A program made the position numbers and the translations under genes. Below the pieces are notes generated by a model. That model saw only the letters and a program-made list of their open reading frames with translations. It did not search any database and had not been told where the DNA came from. A DNA stretch of 64,000 bases from Eledone cirrhosa (taxonomy: Eukaryota), in assembly GCA_964016885.1 (NCBI GenBank), contig OZ024742.1:78740001-78804000 (forward strand), written 5' to 3'. Each line of letters starts with the position of its first letter. Positions within the stretch are counted from its first letter, which is position 1. Below, piece after piece: positions 1-13,830 of this stretch.

Positions 1-327
1 TCAAATAATATAAGCTTGATGGTGGTCGGGGTGGTAATGATAATGATGGTATTTTTGAAATCTTAATATTGCTGCTCAAATATCAACTATGGTGGAGGAC
101 TGACAACTTTATATATACAATGACATCGCAAATTATACAAAAATACACAAATATGCAGCCTACATTAACATATAAATATCATATATAGGTAGCCAAATTA
201 CCAACAGGCATATGCATACACACAGCATGTATTCAATATATTTTCACACACATACTAAACATCCTCTCCTACATATAATCACACATGCAAAGGTCTAACT
301 CACACACATATCTAATCATGCACACAT

Positions 328-369
<42 letters not shown>

Positions 370-375
<6 letters not shown>

Positions 376-1121
376 GTTTACATATATATATATATATATA
401 TATGTGTTTTGCAACGGGTCACTTTGTGGCTCAATGAAGAGTTAATAAATTAAATAATCAGAGCTATATATCATAAAACATGTCTATAGAATCACCAGAT
501 AAAATATATACCGTTTCCTCTCCCAATTAGCATAATTAACCATATAAAAAATCAATTAGACCAAGCTATAAGAATAAAGGCTCCTATGAAGAAATCTCCG
601 ACAAATAACCGAAAGCAGCCCTTCGCGGATGGTTGCGACGGAGTATTTATCGAGTATTTGGACAGCGTGTATAAATCGACCAAATATACAGTCAACTAAA
701 CAGAATTAGGTGTAAAATAAACTAGAAGAAAAGTGAACATATTTAGTTACCTCTACCATGGTTTCGTCCGCATTTTAAGATATCCGATAAGATTGGAAAT
801 CTAGAGCACCGGACTCTTCAGGAGTTAGCTCAAATTTAGACAATTAATTTTCCAAAGTGATCGCGCCAAGAATACATTAAAAAATGGCTAAGAATCGTGA
901 AGTTAGAAAGGATGTGATTAGTTGCTTACGGCTGGTAGGCTTTTTGCTAGAAAGCGCAGCCCAATACAGCCAAAATTGTATCTCAACCTAAAGGGAGATT
1001 ATTACATATAAAGGTTTACATATATATATATATATGTGTTTTGCAACAGGTCACTATGCTAATTGGGAGAGGAAACGGTATATATTTTATCTGGTGATTC
1101 TATAGACATGTTTTATGATAT
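370..1121 (-). mobile_element. Non-autonomous Penelope-like/retrozyme-like element with hammerhead ribozyme, direct and inverted repeats
   Basis: Direct repeat AAAGGTTTACA(TA)nTGTGTTTTGCAACRGGTCACT at ~372-424 and ~1010-1055; perfect 67-bp inverted repeat 468-534 / 1055-1121; HHR at 748-826; flanked by (AT)n. Confidence 0.6.
748..826 (-). ncRNA. Type I hammerhead ribozyme
   Basis: Minus strand: TAACTC-CTGAAGA-GTCCG-(long loop)-CGGAC-GAAA-CCATGG-TA-GAGGTA. Core CUGANGA/GAAA intact, 5-bp stem II, palindromic stem III (ACCATGGT), GUA cleavage triplet, stem I TAACTC/GAGGTA with one mismatch. Confidence 0.8.
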
Positions 1122-1169
1122 CTCTATATATATACATATCTATCTATCTAGCCGCCGCTGCCGCCGTCA

Positions 1170-3605
1170 CCATCACCATCATCATCATCATCATTTTATA
1201 TCCGCTTTTCCCTGCTTGCAAGGGTGGGACCGGTCTTATTCAGCACAGCATCTCTCCACTCGTCACGGTTCTTCGTCATCTCCACCGTGAGATTCAACGA
1301 TCTGAGGTCTGTTCTCACCACCTCCGCCCATGTTTTTCGTGGTCTACCTCTACCACGTCTTCCTTCAACTGGCATTTCCTGGCACTTCTTCACCCATCGA
1401 TCATCCTCCATGCACATCACATGTCCATACCACCGCAGTCTCTTCTCTCGCACACTACATTCTATCCCTCTCAGACACAGTTTCTCTCTCAATACATTCA
1501 TGCTGGGTCGTTCACGCACATTTACACTGCACATCCAACGGAGCATGCTTGCCTCATTTCTCTCCAGCCGTCGCATATCCTCTGCAGTTGCTGCTCATGT
1601 ATCACTACCATACAGCATCGCGCTCCTCACACAGGCATCATATATCGGCCCTTCATACGCAGGGAGAAAGCCTTCTTCGTCAACAGAGGAAGCAGCTCCC
1701 TAAACTTCTTCCAACCCATCCTTATTCTAGATACTATGGCCTCAGAACACCCCCTCCCATGCTAATCTGATCTAATAGGTACCGGAAGCTATCCACCACT
1801 TCTATAGCACCCGCCTGCATTTGAAAAATGTGTCTATCAATGCGACTTCTACTGTCTAATTTCCCTGTACATCTACTGCAAACCTATTTCTCTCTACCTG
1901 TTAGTTTGCCTGCTATCCCACTACATCTCTTGTGTACCCAGGATCTGCATTGTGTGCATTTTATAGAATTTATGCCAGTTCCTTTTCTGCATATCGAACA
2001 TTTCCCTAATGGAATCAGAGTTTTGTCCTCTTTTCTACTCATCAACACTTTTGTTTTAGCTAGGTTCACTCTCAGTCCTCTTGATTCCAACTGCTGTTTC
2101 CATAGCCAGAATTTATTCTCTAGCTCCTCTACTGATTCTGCTATAAGAACCAGATCGTCAGCATAGAGAAGTTCCCATGGACAGCCAGTCTTAAACTCTA
2201 TTATGTCAAGGAGGACTATAATGAACAAGAGCGGGCTGAGGACCCAACCCTGATGTATTCCTACTTGTATCTGGAATACCTCACTAAACTCCATTCCTAC
2301 CCTGACTTTACTGACAGCACCTCTGTACAAAGTTCGCACTGTCCTCAAACCATTCCTCAACACCTAGTTTCCTTAGCGACCACCAGATGACAGATCGGGG
2401 TACCCTATCAAAGGTCTTCTCTAGGTCAACAAAGGCTAAGTACAGTGGATTATTCTTCTCAAAGAACCTCTCTTGTAATTCTCTCACCAAGAAGAGGGCA
2501 TCTGTTGTACTTTTCCCAGGCACCAAACCAAACTGCATCTCATCTAGTTTGACCCTTTCTCTAATTAGTTGTGCTAATATCCTTTCTGCCACTTTCATAA
2601 CCTGATCCATCAGTTTTATACCCCTATAATTGCTCCTCTCCAGAGCATCCCCTTTATCTTTGTAGCAATTTATGAGAATACTGCTGCACCAGTCTTTGGG
2701 TATGACACCACCATATATAGCCTGATTAATGATGCGTGCAACCAGTTTAGTGCCTACGTTGCCTGATGCCTTCAGCATCTCAACAACTATCCCCGACGGT
2801 CCAGCAGCCTTACCCATTTTCATTTCCTTAATCGCCTCATGGACCCTATATTCGTCAATCTCAATAGCTGGTCCCTCTATCGGATCTACTGTGGGTAATT
2901 TCTCTCTCTCCCATTCGTTCTCCACATTCATCAGTCTCTCGTAATGACATTTCCAGGCCTCCTTTTTCTGATCATTCGTGACACTAAGTACACCGACATC
3001 ATTCCGGACACATTAATCTCCAACAACATCCTGATTTGCATTGACACACTGCCTTGCAATGTGGAACACTGTATGCCTCTGATCTTCCTGTCGCAGAACA
3101 TTGGCAAACCTCCTACTCTCAGCCTCCCTGCGTACTAAGTACACCTGACGTCAGCTTCTCTCTTAGTGGCTGTATATTCTTCTCAAGTCCCACCCTTTTC
3201 CCAAGCCTTCCATGCTAGTCTTTTGTCTCTAATGGCCCTATCTACTGTGCTGTTCCACCACCAGGTCACTCTCTGTCTGGTTGGAGCTCTGCTCCAACCA
3301 CAAGTTTCATCAGTAGCCTGCAGTAGGTTGTCACGTAAGAAATTCCTGTTATTATCTATGTCATACGACTCTAAATCGTCTTCTTTTTCGTCAAACACAT
3401 CTTGAAGGGCCTTCCTAAATTTGTATTTTAGTGAAAGGTCTTTTAGCTTCCAGACCTTTCTTCTCCACACCTTCCTGTATGTCTCATTCCATCTCTTGCT
3501 TACTGAGATATCACTAACGACTAACCTATGCTGTGGGGTACATTCTTTGCCAGGGTATGCCTTGGTATTTGACACCATCTGCCTGCCCCGCTGCCTAACT
3601 AGTAA
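1170..3605 (-). mobile_element. 5'-truncated RTE-clade LINE (end of APE, RT, PHD-like finger, 3' end with (ATG)n tail); frameshifted
   Basis: ORF pieces 3183-3722, 2308-2931 (NYRGIKL, QFG, FVDLEKTFDRV), 1884-2363 (GIHQG..LSPLLF, LLYADDLVL) and 1196-1576 (RLRWYGHV, RGRPRKTW); (CAT)n at ~1170-1195. Confidence 0.93.
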
Positions 3606-3610
3606 GATAC

Positions 3611-3646
<36 letters not shown>

Positions 3647-3822
3647 TATACATACATATATATACACACACATATATATATATATATATATACTGTATAT
3701 ACATACATATATATACACACATATAGATATATACATATATTCACACACATATATATATATATGTATATATATATATAGTGACGAAACATAAGTCAATTGC
3801 ATGAACTCATAATCCTTTATTT

Positions 3823-3878
3823 ACTGCTATATATATTTCGATGATACCCATTGAATGGCTATGACCTCATCAGACAGC
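3823..3878 (-). ncRNA. Type I hammerhead ribozyme motif
   Basis: Minus strand: GCTGT-CTGATGA-GGTCATAGCCA-TTCAA-TGGGTATCATC-GAAA-TATATA-TA-GCAGT. Stem I GCTGT/GCAGT, stem II with two mismatches, palindromic stem III, AUA triplet. Confidence 0.7.
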
Positions 3879-3937
3879 TAGTCAGTTCTTATATATGCCA
3901 GCTCTGTGTTTATAGTGTTGATGGTATCAGAGCCTTG

Positions 3938-3974
<37 letters not shown>

Positions 3975-4155
3975 CATAAATATATGCATACACACACACA
4001 CATATACATACATATATTTATATACATACATGATGGCGGCAACTCAATTTCAAATAATGCTATCGCTTGGTACTGAAGCATGAGCTGCACAGACGTGGCT
4101 TTTTTGTCCTGCTAGGGACTTGCCTACATCCAGCCACACCTTGCAATGCAAAAGA

Positions 4156-4514
4156 TAATAATAATGAAAATATTTTATACAGTGCTCAGGTGCACTACAA
4201 CTCATCAAAAGTGTATGTATAGTACATAGGATAATGTACAAACATCAGGAAAATGAACAGTGCATAAGTCATGATATACACATGTGTGCATGTGTATGGA
4301 AGGGGGACATCAGGTGTAGTTTTGGCGAATTTCGGGAAGCATGAGGGTTTTAAAGGATGCAGTGTCTCGGCAGCTAACAACTGACACAGGCAGTGTGTTC
4401 CATGCTTCAGCAACTCTAAGCATGAAAAAATGTTTCCGAAAGTCATGGGAGCTGTGCTGTTTTCTGACTTTGTAGGCATGTCCACGTGTGTTAGACACAT
4501 GGAGATCAAAAAGA
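4156..4514 (-). mobile_element. CR1-clade LINE 3' fragment, same family as 16918-20397
   Basis: NTRGHAYKVRKQHSSHDFRKHFF..RVAEAWNTLP; closely similar to 16950-17307; (TAA)n tail. Confidence 0.9.
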
Positions 4515-4694
4515 TGTCACATATCAAGCGATGCCTGTGATTGAAGCTTTTTCAGGTGAGGAAAGCTTTGCACAGAGCTAATCTCTGAACATTGAATACA
4601 TTTACTCAAATAGTAGAACAGGTCTACATTATTGAATGCAAATGAAGTCACAAGTTTTATATCAGAGTGACCTTTTCTTAGAGAGATGTCTTAA

Positions 4695-5018
4695 CCCTTT
4701 AGCATTTACATTGTTCTTTATATATATTATTGTGCCGAGGTTGACTTTGCCTTTCATCCTTACGGGGTCGGATAAAATAAAGTACCAGTAATGCTCTGGG
4801 TAATTGCTTGCCTTGGGCCTAAAGTAGAAACAATTATTGTATTTTTCACGGTAAAAACTTTATCTTACACAATATCTCACATAATGTTGAATCTATCAGA
4901 TTTAGATATTTTCAATGTAGAGAACAATACCTTAACATCAGTATGAGTTCCCAGTTATGGCCCAGTTGAATGGAAAGAGGTGAGAGAATTCTGGCCGGAT
5001 ATGGCCAGTTTAAATGCC
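4695..5018. mobile_element. TTAA-type (piggyBac-like) MITE, interrupted by a SINE fragment at ~4735-4838
   Basis: Starts TTAA|CCCTTTAGCAT; internal similarity to 5550-5746; right terminus decayed. Confidence 0.55.
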
Positions 5019-5049
5019 CCCCTAAATAGAAATACATTATTGGATGGTC

Positions 5050-5298
5050 AGTTCTTGTCCCAGTTTCCATGGCGTGAAACATCTAAGAGTACAAGACCCC
5101 CCTCCGGACATCACACCAGTCCATTGCATGGTTAACCCCTCATCTATCGCTGGTACTCATTTTCAGCTGATTATACTGGATGAACGTGAAATGATGTGTT
5201 TTGCTCATGAACACAACACATAAGCCAGTCCAGATATCGAACCCATGACTTTATGATCATAAAGCCCAACATTCTTATCATTAAGCCATGTATCTCCA
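5050..5298 (-). mobile_element. Old tRNA-derived SINE with CORE-like domain and a different tail
   Basis: Minus strand has TGGCTTAATGA (A-box-like), GGTTCGATATC (B-box-like) and GAGCAAAACACATCATTTCAC..CAGCTGAAAATGAG. Confidence 0.6.
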
Positions 5299-5549
5299 GT
5301 GTTGACACCACACTTAAAATATATTATATAGCTGGTACACTGTGCCATCTGAATCCTCAGAATGTCTTAGCCTTGATGTTGTTGCTATTGTTTTTAGATC
5401 AAAGTCAATCATGGTCAAATCATTCCTGCCATAACCATCTCATCTTTTAAGCAGTATGTCTGACTATATTATCAAACCTAATCAATAGAAATGTGACCGC
5501 TGTTGCTTGCAGCTACATAGAAGCCTACTCATAGCCTTAACATCCTTAA

Positions 5550-5746
5550 CCCTTTAGCATACACATTACTCTATATTTACTATTATATTTTCATGGTAAA
5601 GGCTTTACCTCACATAATATCGAATCTATGAGATTTTGAAAGTATTTATTTTGAGAACAATATCTTAACATCAGTTTGAGTGAGTAGTTACAGCCAGTTT
5701 CAACAGAAACAGGTAGAGAATTCCGGCCGGTTTGAACACTAAAGGG
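5550..5746. mobile_element. piggyBac-like MITE
   Basis: TTAA on both sides (5546-5549, 5747-5750); termini CCCTTTAG...CTAAAGGG. Confidence 0.75.
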
Positions 5747-6167
5747 TTAAGACAAAATCTATCACAGATAAAACATTAACAGTTTTTTACCTATACATGT
5801 ATGTCATGAATGTTTTCAAACACAAATGATAACACAAATGAATAACACACACACAGATTCAAACACAAACAGATACATACCAGTCTCATACATACATATA
5901 GACAGACAGAGACACTCTTTTAGAAGAAGCATGATATAACTTTCATGAGATGCTGAAGGTCTCATTCAGCAGCATTGGCTAAGTAACACAAATATATATA
6001 TATATATAAATTGTATGAGTATGTAGGCATTCTTTGATTTCTTTTACATATATATACACATATATATATACACACACACACATATATATATATACACACA
6101 CATATATATGGACACACATATACACACGCATATGTACACAATGTGTATATATATATATATATATATA

Positions 6168-6792
6168 GGTGGAAGACTTACGTAGATTAGAAAGAAATGA
6201 AGCCTGCATGCTCCAATGGATGTGTAATAGTAATATACGCGAACGACAAAGCAGAAATGAATTGAGAGAGTGACTGAGCATAAGAGGAATCAAATGCTGT
6301 GTGCAGGAGAGGCGGATGCGTTGGTATGGAGATGTGATGCGTATGAAGGATAACAGCTGCATAAAAAGGTGCAGAGCACTAGAAGTCAATGGAGACTGTG
6401 GAGTGGGGAGACCCAAGAAGACCTGGGATGAGGCGATGACACACGACCGTGACCTCTGGCGTTACGCAGTAATACAGAGTACCCGACCTCCCATTGGTAC
6501 AAGCTGAAACATATAGACAATATGCCCCCACACCCTCCCACTGCAAGGTGGTCGTGGAGGTGCCACGGCAAAAAAGCACCCAGCCCACACTGTAAAGTGG
6601 ACGTGTAGGCACCATGGAAAAAGCACCCAGCACTCACTGTAAATGAGGTTGGTGTTAGGAAGGGCATCCAGCTGTAGAAATCAAGCCAAATCAGTTCCTG
6701 TATGAGCAAGGCATGGTCAGCCGACCAGACACTGCCCACAACAGGACAACCCGTCTAACCCATGCTAGCATGGAAGAACGGACGTAAAACGG

Positions 6793-6825
<33 letters not shown>
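6168..6825 (+). mobile_element. RTE LINE 3' fragment (subfamily 2) with extended 3' UTR and (ATG)n tail
   Basis: RRLERNEACML..., MRWYGDV, GRPKKTW; same coding/UTR junction as 22145-23244. Confidence 0.88.
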
Positions 6826-6826
<1 letters not shown>

Positions 6827-7112
6827 ATATATATTTTGTTATGCTTTGGGATATATATATATATAAATATATTGTTATGCTATGAGTAGGCTTCTATGTA
6901 GCTGCAAGCAACAGCAGTCACATTTCTATTGATTAGGTTTGATAATATAGTCAGACATACTGCTTAAAAATGAGATGGTTATGGCAGGAATGATTTGTGG
7001 ATGATTGACTTTGATCTAAAGCATAACAAAGCATAACAATATCAGTTTCAACACACGTTTTCAGGTAAAGAATCTTGCTAAACAAATTCAGAAACGAAAT
7101 ATATATATATAT

Positions 7113-7453
7113 GGAGGCACATGGCTTAGTGGTTAGAGCATTGGCCTTGCAATTGAAAGGTTGTGCGTTCAATTCTCAGACCGGCTAATGTGTCGTTTCC
7201 TTGAGCAAAACACTTTATTTCACATTGCTCCAGTTTACTCAGCTGTAGAAATGAGATGATAGGGACTGGGGTCCCTATCATTCCACTGCAAAGTGGTTGT
7301 GGAGATGCCACGGCAAAAAAGCACCCAGCACTCACTGTAAATGAGGTTGGTGTTAGGAAGGGCATCCAGCTGTAGAAATCAAGCCAGAATCAGTTCCCGT
7401 CCCACCCTTGCAAGCAGGGAAAAGCGGACATAAAATGAAATGATGATGATGAT
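7113..7453 (+). mobile_element. SINE family A (tRNA head + CORE-like domain + RTE-derived 3' end)
   Basis: A-box TGGCTTAGTGG, B-box GTTCAATTC, TTGAGCAAAACACTTTATTTCAC...CTCAGCTGTAGAAATGAG; 3' end matches the RTE terminus at 1196-1232; (ATG)n tail. Confidence 0.9.
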
Positions 7454-7455
7454 GA

Positions 7456-7491
<36 letters not shown>

Positions 7492-7775
7492 CCCATACAG
7501 CTATCAACTGGAAATGCCAATATCACCACCTTCTGACATCATAACATTGCTCGGCTTGGGTATGACAAAAATCATTTATACTAGCAGGGAATGTCCAGCT
7601 TCATACCGCTAGCATTATGAGTTTCCTTTCTTCCTATATCAATGAATGATATATGTTTAAATAGTTACCCCCTTATTTTCCCATTCACTTTCTTCACTCA
7701 AACCCTCACACATATTAGTAGAGAGGAAAATATATACATACATATATATATATACACATACATACGTACATGTAC

Positions 7776-7811
<36 letters not shown>

Positions 7812-7816
<5 letters not shown>

Positions 7817-8137
7817 GGCTGCCAACTCGTTTTCGAGTACGGCCACTACTTTATATCCATGTAGGAGAACCCCTACCGATGCGCTGAACGAGTGTGACTT
7901 TTTAGTCCAGCCAGCGACTTGAAAACTCTGGTACAAACACTACACTTGTGACAATTATTGACATATAGTGCTGGGCCCATGGTTCCATGTGACGACAAGT
8001 GCAGAGAGATCTCCAGATATAAAGCAATGCCTGTGCCGTGAAGCTTTTATAGTGAGTAAAGGCACTGCACAAAGCCAGTCACCCTCTCTTAACCAAGATG
8101 ATATTTACCAAAAAGAAGAACAAGTCAACATCATTGG
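7812..8137 (+). repeat. Dispersed repeat, inverted copy at 25395-25709
   Basis: ORF-track peptides 7715-7936 (-) and 25586-25876 (+) start with the same ~30 residues; the shared terminus abuts (TA)n in both copies. Confidence 0.85.
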
Positions 8138-8219
8138 ATACCATCAGGGTTGCAGGTGTTATATCAGAGTTTTCCTTCTCCTAGAATTCTGCCTTGACAA
8201 AAGCTAAGGGGTCATCTCT

Positions 8220-10110
<1,891 letters not shown>

Positions 10111-10825
10111 GTGGCTTTTTCTTCTCAGTGTTTCTGTCACTTCTCTCTTCTGTTTGTTTCTGTGTTTATTTTTGAGTTTATTTTACTTTTCTTTTCTTAT
10201 TTGATACATTAACATTCCAACACTCCCCTGCAGTCAGAGAAGGACTTCTATCATATATCAAAGATCCAAGTTCTCAGCACACAAACATATATCTAGTATT
10301 ATACACACACAGGCTCATACATACATACATACATATATGTATATGTGTGTGTGTGTGTGTGTGTATATATACATACATTTATATATATATATAGATATAT
10401 GTACGTGTATGTATATATATATATATATATATAGAAATAAGTATAAGCCACTCTACAGTCATTAGAAAAGAGAGAAACCATAACATGTTCCCAGTGACAC
10501 ATCTCAATCTGGTTAAGCTGTTGACTTTCTCTGAGCACTGCAAGATTATTAGTTGATGTGGTGGCTAAAGTCAATAAATCCCTTTCTTTTACATGGGTTG
10601 CTGTCATGTAGCCATTTATTTATCTCCCTTCCTTTCTCTCTGTCTCTGTATATATGTGTGTATGTGTGTGTGGGTGTGCGTGTGTGTGGGTGTGTGCGCA
10701 CACACACACACACACACACACACACGCGCGCATGGTCTTTTACCTGTGAGTGTGAATGTGTATATGTGAGAGTGTACATATGAATGCATATATATTTGTA
10801 TGTCTGCATATGTATATGTACACAA

Positions 10826-10890
<65 letters not shown>

Positions 10891-10953
10891 AGCGGGACAA
10901 ACCTGTCCAACCCATACTAGCATGGAAGATGGGCATTAAACGATGATGATGAT

Positions 10954-11016
<63 letters not shown>

Positions 11017-11019
11017 TAG

Positions 11020-11062
<43 letters not shown>

Positions 11063-11275
11063 TAGACACACACACACATATATATATTTATATATATAAA
11101 TATTAATTCTTTGTTTTTTCCAATAAACACATCTCATCATCTCTGAGGACGGCATATATATGTGAAGGTATGTATATTTCCTCTGATAATTTGTAACATT
11201 TGTACATAGATCTGAAACATGATATACATACCAACACACATATATATCCCAGAAACGATAGTAAAATGATGAACC

Positions 11276-11331
11276 AAAACAATGAAATAAAAACAAAGAA
11301 CAAGTGTTCTTTGTTTTTATTTCATTGTTTT
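11276..11331. repeat. Perfect 27-bp-arm palindrome with a 2-nt loop
   Basis: AAAACAATGAAATAAAAACAAAGAACA-AG-TGTTCTTTGTTTTTATTTCATTGTTTT. Confidence 0.9.
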
Positions 11332-11717
11332 TATTAATTTATCTTGACTCTGTTTTCCTATGACTTTTATCGTACACTTTTGAATGCATCTTCTCTTTTC
11401 ATATCTTCTATATTTGGATTACATTGAGTTCTTCATACGAATTGGACACTACCGTATATTTTGGTAGATTTATCTAAATATATATATATATATATATTCT
11501 CCCTCTCTTTTCCTACTATATCAAGTGTTAAACTAATATATTACTGCATTGTCCTGTGTCGTTTGTTTTGTTATCTCTGTTTACATTTTGTATGTGTGTG
11601 TGTGTGAAATGGTAAATGTTCAAGTAGACAGAAATCAAACATTGTCATATCAAGTCACTGGTGAGATGTAAGTATAAGTTTGAGACACATCGGGTGTGAT
11701 TATGGCTGGGTATGAAT

Positions 11718-11893
11718 AATTGTTTCTACTTTTGGCACAAGGCCAGCAATTACGCAGTACATTACTGGTACTTTATTTTATCGACCCCGTAAGGATGAAA
11801 GGCAAAGTTAATCTAGATGGGATTTGAACTCAGACCGTAAAGGGACGTAACTCGGCTGGAAAGCATGGTATCCGACCCTCTACCGATATTGCC
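11718..11893 (-). mobile_element. SINE family B
   Basis: B-box GTTCAAATC, CTTTGCCTTTCATCCTTACGGGGTCGATAAAATAAAGTACCAG, tail AAAAGTAGAAACAATT. Confidence 0.85.
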
Positions 11894-12292
11894 ATGTATG
11901 AATAATGGAGAGAAGAAAGAGGTAGGGGAGACAATTTAAGATTGATTGAGAGAGAGGGAGGAGATAAAAGGGTGAGAGAGAGATAAAGGGGTGAGAGAGA
12001 GATTGGAAGATATTTGAAATATATATTTACAATATAGATGTACACAGTTGTTACACCCCAGATCAGTCAAAAGGGAGCACACTGTTGGACAATGGCATTG
12101 AGGCTCTGACCATCAAATGTTTTATTCAGGCATATTATATCAAGGACTCTTTTATCAAATGTCCTTTCACTTATATAATGTAACAATAAGTGTAATCTTG
12201 TATAAAGAAGATAGAAGTTCAGAGAAAGGAATGTAAAATAGAAACTGAACCCTTATCTTCTGGATAACACCAAGGAACCTTATTAATATCAT

Positions 12293-12675
12293 GCGGTGGT
12301 TTGGCAGTAATCGGTAGAGGGTCGGATGCCATGCTTTCAAGCATAGAGTTATGTCCCTTTATTGCCTGAGTTCAAATCCCACCGAGGCTAACTTTGCCTT
12401 TCATCTTTACGGGGATCAATAAATTAAAGTACCAGTAATGCACTTTGGCCTTGTGCCCAAAGTAGAAACAATTATTAATATCATGCATGGTGGTGGATTG
12501 GCAGTATCGGTAGTGTGTCAGACACCATACTTTGCAGCATAGAGTCATTGCCCTTTACGGCCTGAGCTTAAATCTTGCCAAGGTTAGCTTTGCCATTCAT
12601 CCTTAAGAGGTTGATGAAATAATACACCAATAATACACTGGGGGCTGGCTTTGTGCCTATCATAGAAATCATTAT
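12293..12675 (+). mobile_element. Two tandem SINE family B copies
   Basis: Copies at ~12293-12475 and ~12490-12675; TTATTAATATCATGC duplicated at 12280-12294 and 12472-12486 (TSD of the first copy). Confidence 0.85.
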
Positions 12676-13644
12676 TATTATCATCAATTTGAATGTATGT
12701 TAACCTTTTTATTACAATATTGCTAATGAACAATGCTGCTTTTGACTTTCAAATAATTTTCAACATAATCACGAATTTAGTAATAAAACTAAATTTCTCA
12801 TTATTTAGTTGGTGTTTGAAGCTAAACTTATTGGTTTTCACATAAAACCATGATAGGCTTTTAAATAAATATAATCACTTTAAAATAAATTACTTAGTAT
12901 GGTAGATGCAAGGTCAGTTTTCGGAGATTTGATATCTCCATTGTTTTTATAACATAAATAATCAGAGGGATGTCTATTGTCAGCTAGTTTAATGACTTTT
13001 TTAACCTGAATCTATGAAAACTTTATTGGAGAAGAGTAAATTTTGATTTTTTTAAATGCCAAATTTAAAGAATTCTCTACTATTTTGTATATTAAATTAC
13101 AATTTATGTAAAATATATAATAAATAATATGAGATATTCAAAACAAACAAATCAATAGAAACTAATGAAAGAAAAAGTAACATTGCAAAAGACTATAAAT
13201 GAGAGGAAAAGGAAGGAAAGGGCAAATATTATTAAAGAAAGAAAGAAAAGAAGAGAGGAAGACAAATTTTACACCTAACTCAAAGGGTTTTGGCTGTGCC
13301 CCAGGGGAAAATGGCGAAGGTATTTAATGACTATATTATTGTACCAGTAATACACTGGGCAATTGCTGGCCTTGTGCCTAAAATAGAAACAATTATTAAA
13401 TTCAACTTAATTAAGACATGAGTTCAAAATTTAGCACCCTACTTTTTTTGAATTGTCTATGTTTTGAATTAAGAGACAAATTAAGTTACAAATCTGGAGG
13501 TAAAATATTTATGCTCAATTAGAAAGAATGAAGGAGCCTTTATGTGGTTGATAGACCTGCTAGAAATAGTAGCCAAATAACCCCCAAATCATACTTGACT
13601 ATCTAAAATAAAGAATACACTTTGATATTACAGTCCTAACTATA

Positions 13645-13830
13645 ATTGTTTCTACTTTAGGCACAAGGCCAGCAATTATCCAGTGCATTACTGGTACTTT
13701 ATTTTATCGACCCCGTAAGGATGAAAGGCAAAGTCAACCTCGGCGGGATTTGAACTCAGATCGTAAAGGGACGTAACTATGCTGGAAAGCATGGCGTCCG
13801 ACCCTCTACCGATACTGCCAATCCACCGCC
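13645..13830 (-). mobile_element. SINE family B, young full-length copy
   Basis: A-box-like TGGCAGTATCGG, B-box GTTCAAATC; TSD CCTAACTATAAT at 13635-13646 and 13830-13841. Confidence 0.9.

Noticed and set aside
1115-1770. Plus-strand ORFs of 146-216 aa
   Set aside because: Antisense shadows of the RTE ORF
7113-7185. tRNA gene (also at other SINE heads)
   Set aside because: A/B boxes are present but no complete cloverleaf is evident, and the sequence continues into SINE body
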